Positions 52,468-62,031 of a DNA stretch of 64,000 nucleotides are shown piece by piece. The stretch lies in NCBI GenBank assembly GCA_017525225.1, contig JAFXTB010000068.1, forward strand, positions 14,526 to 78,525, given 5' to 3'. Numbering within the stretch: the stretch's first letter is position 1; each line of letters opens with the position of its first letter. The DNA is from Kiritimatiellia bacterium (lineage in GTDB: Bacteria > Verrucomicrobiota > Kiritimatiellia > RFP12 > UBA1067). The notes beneath the pieces were generated by a model. That model saw only the letters and a program-made list of their open reading frames with translations. It was not told the DNA's origin and did not search any database. The position numbers were made by a program, and so were the translations under genes.

Positions 52468-53736
52468 TCAACCCTTTTCCATCGCCGCCACCAGGGCCTT
52501 GCCGAACTCGGAACACTTGACCTCCGTGGCGCCTTCCATCTGGCGGGCGAAATCGTAGGTGACGGTCTTGGCGGCCACCACCCTGTCCATCGCGGCTATG
52601 ATCAGGTCCGCCGCCTCGGTCCAGCCCATGTACCTGAGCATCATCTCGCCGGAGAGGATGAGGGAGCCCGGGTTCACCTTGTCCTGCCCGGCGTACTTGG
52701 GCGCCGTGCCGTGCGTGGCCTCGAACACCGCCACGCCCGTCTGGTAGTTGATGTTCGCGCCCGGGGCGATGCCGATACCACCCACCGTGGCGGCGAGCGC
52801 GTCGGAAACATAGTCGCCGTTGAGGTTGAGCGTCGCTATGACATCGTACTCCGCAGGGCGCGTCAGTATCTGCTGCAGAAACGCGTCGCAGATGCAGTCC
52901 TTCACCGTGATCATACGGCCGGTCTTCGGGTTCGTGAATTCGCACCATGGCCCGTCGCCGATCGGCTTCGCGCCGTAGTCGCGCTTCGCGAGCGCGTAGC
53001 CCCAGTCGCGGAACGCGCCCTCGGTGAACTTCTGGATGTTGCCCTTGTGGACAAGCGTCACCGACCTGCGATCGTTGGCGATGGCGTAGTCGAGCGCGGC
53101 CTTCACGAGGCGCTCCGTACCCTCCACGGAGACGGGCTTGATGCCGATCGAGGCCGTCTGCGGGAAGCGGATCTTCTTCACACCCATCTCCTCTAGCAGG
53201 AACCTCTTCACCTTCTCCACCTCGGGCGTGCCGTTCATCCATTCGATGCCGGCGTAGATGTCCTCGGTGTTCTCGCGGAAGATCACCATGTCCGTAAGCT
53301 CGGGATGCTTCACTGGCGAAGGCACGCCCTTGAACCATCTCACCGGCCTCAGGCACACGTAGAGGTCGAGCTGCTGGCGCATCGCCACGTTGATGGAGCG
53401 GATGCCGCCGCCGACAGGCGTGGTGAGAGGGCCCTTTATCGACACGAGATAATCGCGGCAGGCGTCAAGGGTCTCCTGCGGCAGCCACGTGCCCGGACCG
53501 TACACGGCGTTCGCCTTCTCGCCCGCGTACACCTCCATCCAGCTGATCCGGCGACGTCCAGAATAGGCCGCATCCACGGCCGCATTCCACACCATCATGG
53601 CCGCGCGCGTTATGTCCGGCCCCGTGCCGTCACCCTCGATGAACGGCACAATCGGGTTGTCGGGAACGCACAGCTTCCCGTCCTTCATCGATATCCGTCC
53701 GCCTTCCGGCACGACGATCTTTCCGCTAGAACCCAT
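52468..53736 (-). CDS. icd: NADP-dependent isocitrate dehydrogenase
   Basis: '[14 protein letters not shown]', '[18 protein letters not shown]' and '[10 protein letters not shown]'. Confidence 0.9.
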   Translation of the reverse strand: MGSSGKIVVPEGGRISMKDGKLCVPDNPIVPFIEGDGTGPDITRAAMMVWNAAVDAAYSGRRRISWMEVYAGEKANAVYGPGTWLPQETLDACRDYLVSIKGPLTTPVGGGIRSINVAMRQQLDLYVCLRPVRWFKGVPSPVKHPELTDMVIFRENTEDIYAGIEWMNGTPEVEKVKRFLLEEMGVKKIRFPQTASIGIKPVSVEGTERLVKAALDYAIANDRRSVTLVHKGNIQKFTEGAFRDWGYALAKRDYGAKPIGDGPWCEFTNPKTGRMITVKDCICDAFLQQILTRPAEYDVIATLNLNGDYVSDALAATVGGIGIAPGANINYQTGVAVFEATHGTAPKYAGQDKVNPGSLILSGEMMLRYMGWTEAADLIIAAMDRVVAAKTVTYDFARQMEGATEVKCSEFGKALVAAMEKG

Positions 53737-53824
53737 CTCCCTATCCTGCTCCTTTCAGAAACGCGGATAGTATGCCATATTTACGCCCGATTTACAAGCA
53801 GAAGACGCGTCAGCAGAAGACGTA

Positions 53825-56377
53825 TCAGCGGATCAGCACGCGGACGCCACGACGGCGGCGGACGACGAGCCGGCCGGATCCGTCCACCGCAACGCATAGG
53901 AACGGCGAGAATACGCCATCCACATACACCCGCCACGAGGCGAAGCGATCCGCCGCGACCACGCTCCCGAACGTCACCGGCGGACGGTACGAGAATCCGT
54001 CCATGGGCGGCATGGAGACGAGATACAAGGCACCGTTCTCGGCCGGCGCGAACTTGGTGATTGTGCCGGCGCCGTTCACGCAATCAATCGTGAGCGAGGC
54101 GATGGCGATGGCGCTATCGAGCAGATAGGATGTATCCAGGACGGCGTTCGTGGCCACGGCGACCTTCACACCCTCCAGAGTATCCGCCGCGGTCGCGCCC
54201 TGCGTGAACTGGTACGGGACGCCGTTGTTGAAGTATCCCTCGCTAGCGCAATCGTCCTTCGGAAATTCCGATATCTTGAAATGCTCTTCCTTGGAGAGCC
54301 CGGTCGTGACGCCCCACTTGGGCACGTGGTCATCGCGTACGTTCCAGTCGATACCGTTCGCGGAAGATTCCACCATCCACTTGTACAGGGACGCCCCATG
54401 CCCCCATTGCGTAGTCTGCAATCCGTATGACGCCACGGGACCGCTATCCGTCGGCAGACGCAGCACGACATGGTTCCATGTGCTTGGATCATGCTCCTTT
54501 ATTGAAGGCCACGCCGTCTTGAACACCGTGTGCAGTTGCTGATCGAACAAGGCCGACGCGTCCATCCAGATACGTCCGTTGACCTCGTAGGGGCAGGGCG
54601 TCTCGCCGATTCCGTGCATGCAGTAGCCAGGTTGGAGATCGGCTTAGGAGCTTGGCTGCACGTTGTTCGTCTGCAAGCCGAGACTCAGGCACTTATCGTC
54701 CTTGTATGCAAAGCTCGCGGCATTCGTAGCCATGAGCGATATCGTACCGAGTTCAGCCCTCGTTACCGCGCCAGTGCTTGACTGCGTGACGTCCGCGGCG
54801 GCCTTGAAGGTGAAGCGCCACCACTTGTCCGTCGTGATTCCCGTGAACTTGAGCGTACCGCTGCGGATGTCGATGTCCAGTCCATCGAGATAGTCCCCCG
54901 CATACGCGTACGTCGTCCCCGCGTCTTCCTTGACGTACATGTACCTGTAGGCGCCCGTGCCCGCCGGGATTCTCGCGTCGTCGCACAGGTTGACTATGGG
55001 GTTCGGCGACGTTGGAGGAGTGACCACCTCCACGCCATCCGCATAGACGACAGGATTCTCGAATACGTTGTTCCCAACGAACACCACCCTGCCCGCGCTC
55101 ACGGTGAACGTGCCGCGTACCGTCACGTTCGAGACCACCAGCGTTCCCGAGCCGATCTTCTCCACATTCACGTTGTCGCAGCATGTCGCGGAAAACACGC
55201 CGTCCTGGTCGTCCGCGCCGAATACGAGCGTGGATGTGACAGTGTTGCCCTCGTGTCTGGCCATCGCGTTGGTGACCAGCGCCGAAGACGATGTAGCAAT
55301 AAGCGAGCGCAGCTTCTGCGATGTTCCGTTCGGGTCGAGGATCGCGTTGCTTTGCAGGCGGACGATGCCCGTCTCCGCCTTGTATGGGAGCTGGTCGTCA
55401 TCCATGCAGGTGATGAAAGCGTTGCTGTCAAGGACAAGGTTTCCCGTCTGCTTCCACTCTATGGGCGAGTTGGTCGCGGCAAGATAGTAGGGCATCCTGT
55501 TCGAGTTCCCGATTCCGGGAAGGTTCCCACCCTTTTCCTGGATGACAATGTTGCATTTCCCCTTGAACCTCACCGTCCCCTTGCCACCGTTGAGCGTGGA
55601 GGATAGGAACGCCTTCACTATCTTTATATCGTTCCAGTTTATCGCCTCAAGCTCCAGTACGCATCCTTCCGCCGGCGAAAGCTGAAATCCCGCACCATTC
55701 ATATAGCTGTTGCGCAACCAGCCGCCATTGAAGACGATGCGCGCGGGCTTCGCGTTCTCGTTGACGATGCAGGTGATGTCGGCATTGCCGTTCTGATCCA
55801 GCTGAAGGATGTCAAACCTGTCACCATCTGTCGTAGCGTTCGGCGAGACGACCAGCCTTTCTATCCAGAGCGACACATTGTCGACATTAGCGCCGAAATT
55901 ATTTCCTTTGGCCTGTACGAGGAACCGCCCAGAACCGCCATTCTGGCCGAGCACGAACGTCTGGCTCGTTCGCTTGACATTGCTGTCTTCCTCGTCCAGG
56001 AATCCAGGCGTGTTGCGATATGATGCATAGAAGCCGCAATTGCTCTTGATCGTCACAACCGGACACTGGTTCACTGCCGAAGAGTCCACAGGCCCCATGG
56101 GAATGGTACCCTGTATCGTAGCGTGGCCTTGTATACGTACGTAGCTATAGTTTTCAAGCGTGAGGTTCGCATGTATCTTGTTGCCGATGCGGTCATAACG
56201 ATTCGTAACGCCGGAGAATGTCGTATCTTCGGTAACGACAAGCCCCGAATCGAAATCCGTCACATCTGGATGCGCCGCTAACACCCAACCATCCATTCCC
56301 AAAATGAACACCAACGCAGCCGCGATCTTCACGACATGCTTTCTTGCGTTCCATGCAGGTATCGTCTGAAATTTCAT
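53825..56377 (-). pseudogene. large secreted beta-helix / discoidin-like surface protein interrupted by one in-frame TAA
   Basis: ORFs 54644..56452 and 53825..54619 share a frame (56452-54619 = 1833). Reading through gives '...GLQTNNVQPSS*ADLQPGYCMHGIGETPCPYEVNGRIW...'. The TAA is at 54646..54644. Signal anchor 'VVKIAAALVFILGMDGWVLAA'. The stop lies inside an apparent F5/8-type-C-like domain ('KWWRFTF...ELGTISL...WNHVVLRL...YKWMVESSANGIDW'). Confidence 0.6.
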
Positions 56378-56471
56378 CGTGTCTTGTCCTTTTCCTACCG
56401 AAACATTGCCATCGCCGAGGCTGGTGCAGGGAAGCGCCGCAGGATTCTCCAATCACAGTCCAGACGGCCCC

Positions 56472-57311
56472 CTAGCGGATCGTGTGGCGCGTGGTCCTCA
56501 TGAACGCCTTCCACAGGTCGGCCGGCGTGCTTGCGGCATTCATCAGGGCCTTGCGGTTCTCCGCCTTGGTGAAGGCTTCGGACAGCCCCGCCATCAACCG
56601 CAGATAGAACGGGCTCACGGCCACCGGGATGACGCTGAAAAACACAAGGTGGACGATCTCGCCAGCGGCATCATACCGGAATCCCTTCTTCGAGACGCCG
56701 AGCGCCAGGGTCAGTCCGCCGCCTTCAACCCCGCGTACATGCGGGAACGCAAGGCCATTGCCCATGGCCGTGGAAAGAATGCTCTCCCTCTCCATCGCGG
56801 CCGTGACGAGGGCATCGGGGTTGGACACGAACCTATTGAGCGACATGACCTCGGCCAGTTCGCCAATGACCGCCTTCGTGGTGTCGCCCTTGAGATCGCA
56901 CACCATCAGCTCTTCCGCGGAGAAGCGGCTTATGCCGGTCTTACGCGGCTCGCCGCGACCGGACATCTCGCGCATGTTGCGCGGCGCATCCTCTTCCTCG
57001 TTGTAGAGCATGCGGCCACACGAGCTGCATGTCTGCAGGGTCTTCGCCAGGCGTACCTGCTGCATCTGCGAGATCGGCAGACGCATCCCGCACACCGCGC
57101 AGCAGCCGTCGGACATCGGCGCCATCACGATGTGGCTCTTCTTGTATAGACGCTGGTAAAGGGCCTTCGGCTGGGGATCCAGCCTCTCCACAAGCGCGTC
57201 TATCGACTGATCGAGCGCATCCGTATGCGCCCCGCCATCGGTCTGGTGGAGTTCATCGCGCGTCAGGACGAGTTCCTGAAGCTGGTTGAGCATGTTGATC
57301 TGGTTTTTCAT
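56472..57311 (-). CDS. fusion protein: C4 zinc ribbon (DUF164/HP0958-like) + PTS EIIA type-2 (PtsN-like) domain
   Basis: 'CCAVCGMRLPISQMQQVRLAKTLQTCSSCGRMLY' is preceded by a short coiled coil. EIIA signature is 'AMERESILSTAMGNGLAFPHVRG'. The start is uncertain (ATGs at 57341, 57311 and 57293), and every candidate overlaps the 3' end of the upstream gene. Confidence 0.75.
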   Translation of the reverse strand: MKNQINMLNQLQELVLTRDELHQTDGGAHTDALDQSIDALVERLDPQPKALYQRLYKKSHIVMAPMSDGCCAVCGMRLPISQMQQVRLAKTLQTCSSCGRMLYNEEEDAPRNMREMSGRGEPRKTGISRFSAEELMVCDLKGDTTKAVIGELAEVMSLNRFVSNPDALVTAAMERESILSTAMGNGLAFPHVRGVEGGGLTLALGVSKKGFRYDAAGEIVHLVFFSVIPVAVSPFYLRLMAGLSEAFTKAENRKALMNAASTPADLWKAFMRTTRHTIR

Positions 57312-59757
57312 CTGTATTCGTTCTGCTTTTCCTATCTGCATCTTCCTTGGAAACCGTTCCGGCCTTGACGGCCAGCCTGTAGGCCTTTTCTATCTGCTGT
57401 ATCGTATCCTTCACCTCGGCGGACTCCGGAACGAGCTCAAGGGCCTTGTTGGCGTTGCGCCGCGCCGCATCGAAGCGTCCGGTCTTGAGCTGGATGATCG
57501 CAAGATTGTTGTATACCGCAGGTTCCGTGGGATTGCGCACGAGACAACGACGCAGGAAGTCCTCCGCACGCGCCCACTGCCCTTCCACGAAATAGCTCAT
57601 ACCCATGCCGAAGTTGGCGTTGGGGTCGGTTGGCTCGGCATCCAGAATGGGTTCCGCATACTTGCGGGCAAGCGAGAAATCGGCCCTCACGAGCGCGAGC
57701 TGCAGCCCCTCTCTGGGCGTCATCTTGCTCATCATGTACTGGCGCATCCTCTCCATGCTGCTACGGATGCTCTGGATGGCGGAATTGCAGCGGTCCAGTT
57801 CATCCGCAAGCTTCACCTGCGCCATCGCCTCCTCGGTACGGCCCGCACGGTCCGCACTCTCCGCGTTCGCCCGCATCATCCGAGAAAGCCGCCACTGTAC
57901 AAAGAGGAAGAGTTCGTTGATCGTGACGCCGGCGGCCTTGGCCGTGCCGCCTGCACGATAGAGATCGAGCATGCGAAGAGCGATGGCCTTCGCCGCGGCG
58001 ATGCCGCGCTCACGCGCGGATTCGTCCATGCCCACCGGCCTGCACAGCACGCCGGAGCAGGGGGGAGGCGTCTTGCCGTCTCGCTTCCACATGGCAAGCC
58101 CCATCTGCAGGGCCACCTTCGAAAGACGGTCTGGCTTGTCGCGCACCCAGGTACGCAGCGTCGCGGCGGCGCCGCTCTGCGCGGTGAGGATGTCCTCCTT
58201 GTCGTCCATCTCGTGGGAACGGATCCACACATCACGCGGGGTGTTCCCTGCCATGAGCGACAGCGCGCGGATGCGCCGGCCATCGCATGCGGCCATCACT
58301 TCCACGACAGAATCGAACTTGCCGTCCGTGAACAGCCAGCGGACATCGCCGCACTCTTCGCAGACCTCGCGCACGTAGTCGTCGAGAATCGCGGCCATCT
58401 GCCGCGGAACGGCGAGCCTGCGCCCGGGAACCACGCCCAGCAGCAGAAGAACGGGAAGGGCTACCAGCCCGAAGCGGCGGACAGACCCGAGGAAGCGCTT
58501 GGAAGCCAGCATCTGCTCCTCCGTATCCTCCATCTGCATCTCGGCGAACATCTGCTGCGCCAGGCGGCGATGGTTGCGGCAGAAGGCATCGACCCCGAGA
58601 ACCACCAGCCCGAGCGTGACCGTCACCGAGGCGGCCAGCATCAGCAGGCAGAGAAGATATTGCGAATGGAACTGCGGGGGATTGGATATCCACGTCCACA
58701 TCCAGAGGGGATCGAGCGAGGCCAACTGCGCGTATGCCAGCAGACCCGTGGCGATGAAGATCGCACCTATGTGGTACGGAAGGAACTGCTCCTCGTCCAC
58801 GGCGCGCGGCAGCAGCCCGGCCGACACACCGCATGGAAGAAGCACCACGCCAAGCGCCAGCACCCAGCCGAGCGGAGAAGCGGCAGAAGTAAGCAGATGC
58901 CAGATCCGCACGCCGTACGCCACCGCCATATCGCCTGTTGTCATTCCAGCCGCCTCAAGGCCGCCCAGCGCCGCGAACCCCATGCAGTTCGATGCGATCG
59001 CGAGCAGAAGGCCGAACACGAAAAGGAACGTCATGTGCCATTTGGATATCTGCTCGATGAAAGGATTGAGCAGCGGCATGTCGAACGAGAGCACGTGGCG
59101 CACCGCCAGGAAATACACCATCCAGCAAAAGGCGACGAGGACAAAACCCATGGGTGTCTCCGCGGAAAGAACGCCAAGCACAAACATCGCACCATAGGCG
59201 GATGCCAGCCTGCCGCGCTGCAGGAAGGAGAAGAAGAGATACATGCCGAAAACCGACAGCAGCAGGAGGAACGTCACGGGCGAGAACAACTGCCCTGCCC
59301 GCCATACAGGATCGGCACACACGAAAAAGATCGAACCCAGCACCGATGCGAGGCGGACGATCAGATAGCGCTGCGGCGAATACTGCAGACGAAGGCGGCT
59401 GGAAAGCGAAAGCAGCTCCCGGAAAAGCAGATAGACCATGCCGCCGCAGATTCCCACGGCCACAGCACCAAGCACCTTCAGCACGGTGAGCCCCAAGGGA
59501 AGACCCAGCCACCTGAAGAGACCTGAGACGGAGATATGCCAGATTCCCGGCGCGATCTCGGCCGCAGGACGAAGCCCCGCCGCCACGACGACATCGTCCC
59601 ACGCATCGGGGTATATGCCTGGGAAGGCCCAGAAGAACAGGAGGGCAATCGATGCAAACACAATCCCTACGGCCAGAATCCAATCGAGTCCAGACAATCT
59701 ATCGCTGGACGCGGCTCTTGCGCTCACAGGAAGCTCGTAATCTTCATCCGGAATCAT
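57253..59757 (-). CDS. polytopic membrane protein with C-terminal TPR repeats; possible DUF2723/TMEM260-type GT-C glycosyltransferase
   Basis: About 11-13 TM helices in the first ~430 aa. The N-terminal loop 'FPGIYPDAWDDVVVAAGLRPAAEIAPGIWH' resembles the DUF2723 WD..E...A...PPG loop. C-terminal TPRs are 'MSYFVEGQWARAEDFLRRCLVRNP' and 'YNNLAIIQLKTGRFDAARRNANKALELVP'. Confidence 0.45.
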   Translation of the reverse strand: MIPDEDYELPVSARAASSDRLSGLDWILAVGIVFASIALLFFWAFPGIYPDAWDDVVVAAGLRPAAEIAPGIWHISVSGLFRWLGLPLGLTVLKVLGAVAVGICGGMVYLLFRELLSLSSRLRLQYSPQRYLIVRLASVLGSIFFVCADPVWRAGQLFSPVTFLLLLSVFGMYLFFSFLQRGRLASAYGAMFVLGVLSAETPMGFVLVAFCWMVYFLAVRHVLSFDMPLLNPFIEQISKWHMTFLFVFGLLLAIASNCMGFAALGGLEAAGMTTGDMAVAYGVRIWHLLTSAASPLGWVLALGVVLLPCGVSAGLLPRAVDEEQFLPYHIGAIFIATGLLAYAQLASLDPLWMWTWISNPPQFHSQYLLCLLMLAASVTVTLGLVVLGVDAFCRNHRRLAQQMFAEMQMEDTEEQMLASKRFLGSVRRFGLVALPVLLLLGVVPGRRLAVPRQMAAILDDYVREVCEECGDVRWLFTDGKFDSVVEVMAACDGRRIRALSLMAGNTPRDVWIRSHEMDDKEDILTAQSGAAATLRTWVRDKPDRLSKVALQMGLAMWKRDGKTPPPCSGVLCRPVGMDESARERGIAAAKAIALRMLDLYRAGGTAKAAGVTINELFLFVQWRLSRMMRANAESADRAGRTEEAMAQVKLADELDRCNSAIQSIRSSMERMRQYMMSKMTPREGLQLALVRADFSLARKYAEPILDAEPTDPNANFGMGMSYFVEGQWARAEDFLRRCLVRNPTEPAVYNNLAIIQLKTGRFDAARRNANKALELVPESAEVKDTIQQIEKAYRLAVKAGTVSKEDADRKSRTNTDEKPDQHAQPASGTRPDAR

Positions 59758-59834
59758 CAGGTCTCCTCCCCTTCCAAAAAACGGCGGCCGTCATCGAACG
59801 GTCGCCGTTTCCCTTCAGTCGCGTTTCAAATGAA

Positions 59835-60335
59835 TCATACGCGCCTGCGTCGCAACGCAAGAAGCGAAGCACCGAGCATCAAAAGAAGCCCGCTGGTCGG
59901 TTCCGGTATCGCAACGAAGCCAGCATTCCATGCGGTGTAGGAAACAGGTGCAAGAGTATCGAACGTGGAAACAGCTCCGGCGGACTGAAGCTGTGTGTAG
60001 TTAGCAGCGGCAGTACCATAGCCCTGTACCTCGTAGCTGTCATTGATAAGTTCAAGAACGAACGAATAAGAAGGATCATGATAACCAGTCAGATCAAACC
60101 ATGCGCCATCAACCCCCTCGCCCTTCACTACAACATTCTGGGTGAAGCCGGTACCATCCCAAACCTTCAAGTAGGTATCAACCGCCGGGTCGCCCCCTGT
60201 TACATGAACCTGCGCCATCGTCCAACTGGAGGGATCGACATTGCTGTTCATAGAGGAGAGCTGCCAATACATGGCATCCGCACTTGCAGCGAACCCCAGC
60301 AAAACGACTGACGCGAGAAGCATTAGCTTTTTCAT
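59835..60335 (-). CDS. PEP-CTERM sorting-domain secreted protein
   Basis: Signal peptide 'MKKLMLLASVVLLGFAASADA'. C-terminal 'IPEPTSGLLLMLGASLLALRRRRV' is PEP, a TM helix and an Arg cluster. Confidence 0.85.
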   Translation of the reverse strand: MKKLMLLASVVLLGFAASADAMYWQLSSMNSNVDPSSWTMAQVHVTGGDPAVDTYLKVWDGTGFTQNVVVKGEGVDGAWFDLTGYHDPSYSFVLELINDSYEVQGYGTAAANYTQLQSAGAVSTFDTLAPVSYTAWNAGFVAIPEPTSGLLLMLGASLLALRRRRV

Positions 60336-60383
60336 CTTTTCCCCTTACAGAATTAACTCCACCGAAGCATCATCAACACAACA

Positions 60384-61145
60384 CTACCATGTGATGGTAC
60401 CGCTACCACCCTTGCTGATGTACCAGAAGCCACGGCCAGCAGGAATGGAGCAACCAGCAGTCCACACCATCTGGGTTACAGAGATCGTACCCTCGTTAGG
60501 GGGACGGGCATTAATCGTGACAGTTTTCGGGACTTCCGTACCCCATCCACTCGCACCCTTATAGGTATAGGTGACCGGCGGATAGTTTGCGACACCGCTG
60601 GGAATCTGGATCTGGTCGCTCGCGTTCGGGGTGAAACCAAACGTGGGAGTCGCACTGACAGTCTTCGGATTGGCAAGCAGATTGTAGGCATTGGCCGCAA
60701 CAGTGGATGTCGCGGAAGCCGCAGTCGACTGCCCATAGAGGTAGAGATCGTATGTGCCGGAAGTGTAGTCGCTCTTTACGAACCAGAAGCCATTTCCACG
60801 GGTAATCGCCTCGCTTGACGCATCGCCGGCTATCGTCGTCGCACCAATATCCGTTACAGCCGTCGGCTGCCAGACCAGACTGGAATCCAGCTGCCATGCC
60901 TTGAACTGTCCGTTGTCATACACGATGACTGCATCGTACTGGGCGAGGTTGGCGGTCATCACAAGGTTCGTGACCTTGACGGCCGCATCGATGTTCTCGC
61001 AGCTCACCCAGGGAGTGGCGATTATCACCTTCTTGGCATCGCACGTCACCTTCATCACGCCGAACGTGTTGGGAGCCGTAACATCCGCCGATAGCGACAT
61101 CACCAGTGCCGCCGCGCCCAGACAGGCAAGAGATCCGATCTTCAT
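60384..61145 (-). CDS. secreted hypothetical beta-rich protein with internal duplication
   Basis: Signal peptide 'MKIGSLACLGAAALVMSLSA'. Two halves end in similar motifs, 'ITRGNGFWFVKSDYTSGTYDLYLYG' and 'IPAGRGFWYISKGGSGTITW'. Confidence 0.65.
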   Translation of the reverse strand: MKIGSLACLGAAALVMSLSADVTAPNTFGVMKVTCDAKKVIIATPWVSCENIDAAVKVTNLVMTANLAQYDAVIVYDNGQFKAWQLDSSLVWQPTAVTDIGATTIAGDASSEAITRGNGFWFVKSDYTSGTYDLYLYGQSTAASATSTVAANAYNLLANPKTVSATPTFGFTPNASDQIQIPSGVANYPPVTYTYKGASGWGTEVPKTVTINARPPNEGTISVTQMVWTAGCSIPAGRGFWYISKGGSGTITW

Positions 61146-61169
61146 TGGATTATACCTTTCTATTGGCGA

Positions 61170-61910
61170 TCACTGGGCAACCTTGCGGGTGCCAATCACC
61201 TTGAAGAACTGGCCTGCATCCTTGCTGACCGTGAAAGTATTGCCAGAAGCCTCGGCCTCAACCTTCTTGGAGACGCCAGCAGGGCCTGCACCCGTATACA
61301 CCTTGTAGTCGGCGGCCGGGGAAAGCCCGGCGACGGTGAGCACGATGTTCGCGCCATCGACCTTGATCGCCGTGATGGCAGGCCTGTCGATGACCGCAGC
61401 GACCGCGACCGAACCGGCGGTCGTGGCGCTGTACGTCGCGAAACCGGATGTACCGGAACCGATCGACCCGACATCGGCGACCGAACCGGCACCGTTGACG
61501 ACGGCGGCCGTCTTGCCATCGGCGGACATGCCCGCCACCGAGTAGCCGGACGGAGCGTTCGCATCGGGCACGCGCGTATCGAGGAGGTACACCGCGTAGG
61601 AACCGCCGGTAAGCGACTCCGCCTTCTCCGCAGGAACCACGTACATGAGATTGGGGCAATGGCCATCCTTCGCCACAGGCGAGGTTAGAAGGACCTCTCC
61701 GCCAGCCGCAGCCGTGCCATCGGACTTGATCGCGAACGACCCAGGATCCGTGACATAGCACAGAGCATAGCACTCGCCATCAAGCACGGTACTACCATCG
61801 CGGTAGGTATCCGGCCCCTTGGTGGAGAACATGAGAAGCGAATCGTTGACCGCCGCGACCGCCGCGACCGACATTCCGATTGCGCCAAGAGCAAACATGA
61901 TTTTCTTCAT
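61170..61910 (-). CDS. secreted hypothetical protein with C-terminal Ig-like module
   Basis: Signal peptide 'MKKIMFALGAIGMSVAAVAA'. C-terminal 'ITAIKVDGANIVLTVAGLSPAADYKVYTG...TFTVSKDAGQFFKVIG'. The start is trimmed from the track's 62105. Confidence 0.65.
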   Translation of the reverse strand: MKKIMFALGAIGMSVAAVAAVNDSLLMFSTKGPDTYRDGSTVLDGECYALCYVTDPGSFAIKSDGTAAAGGEVLLTSPVAKDGHCPNLMYVVPAEKAESLTGGSYAVYLLDTRVPDANAPSGYSVAGMSADGKTAAVVNGAGSVADVGSIGSGTSGFATYSATTAGSVAVAAVIDRPAITAIKVDGANIVLTVAGLSPAADYKVYTGAGPAGVSKKVEAEASGNTFTVSKDAGQFFKVIGTRKVAQ

Positions 61911-61943
61911 AGTGATGAACCTTCCTTTTCCAAAGCCAGCGAT

Positions 61944-61954
61944 ACTATAACAAA
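61944..61954 (-). promoter_or_regulatory. extended -10 TTTGTTATAGT heading the surface-protein gene string
   Basis: Reverse complement of actataacaaa, 33 nt upstream of the ATG at 61910, with RBS GGAAAAGGAAGG between them. Confidence 0.45.
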
Positions 61955-62031
61955 GTTTTGGACATGATGCAAGAGGCAACGAGAAAAAAACAAAAAAGTC
62001 CAAAACCCGTTCCCCCCGGGAAAGACGCATG

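Noticed and set aside
34603-54646. Possibility that the in-frame TAG (34603) and TAA (54644) reflect stop-codon reassignment or programmed read-through.
   Set aside because: TAG is the natural terminator of other well-delimited genes in the window (for example TAG at 2876, 1605 and 60384). Only one event of each kind is seen, and I saw no recoding signal. Nonsense mutation or sequence error is more parsimonious.
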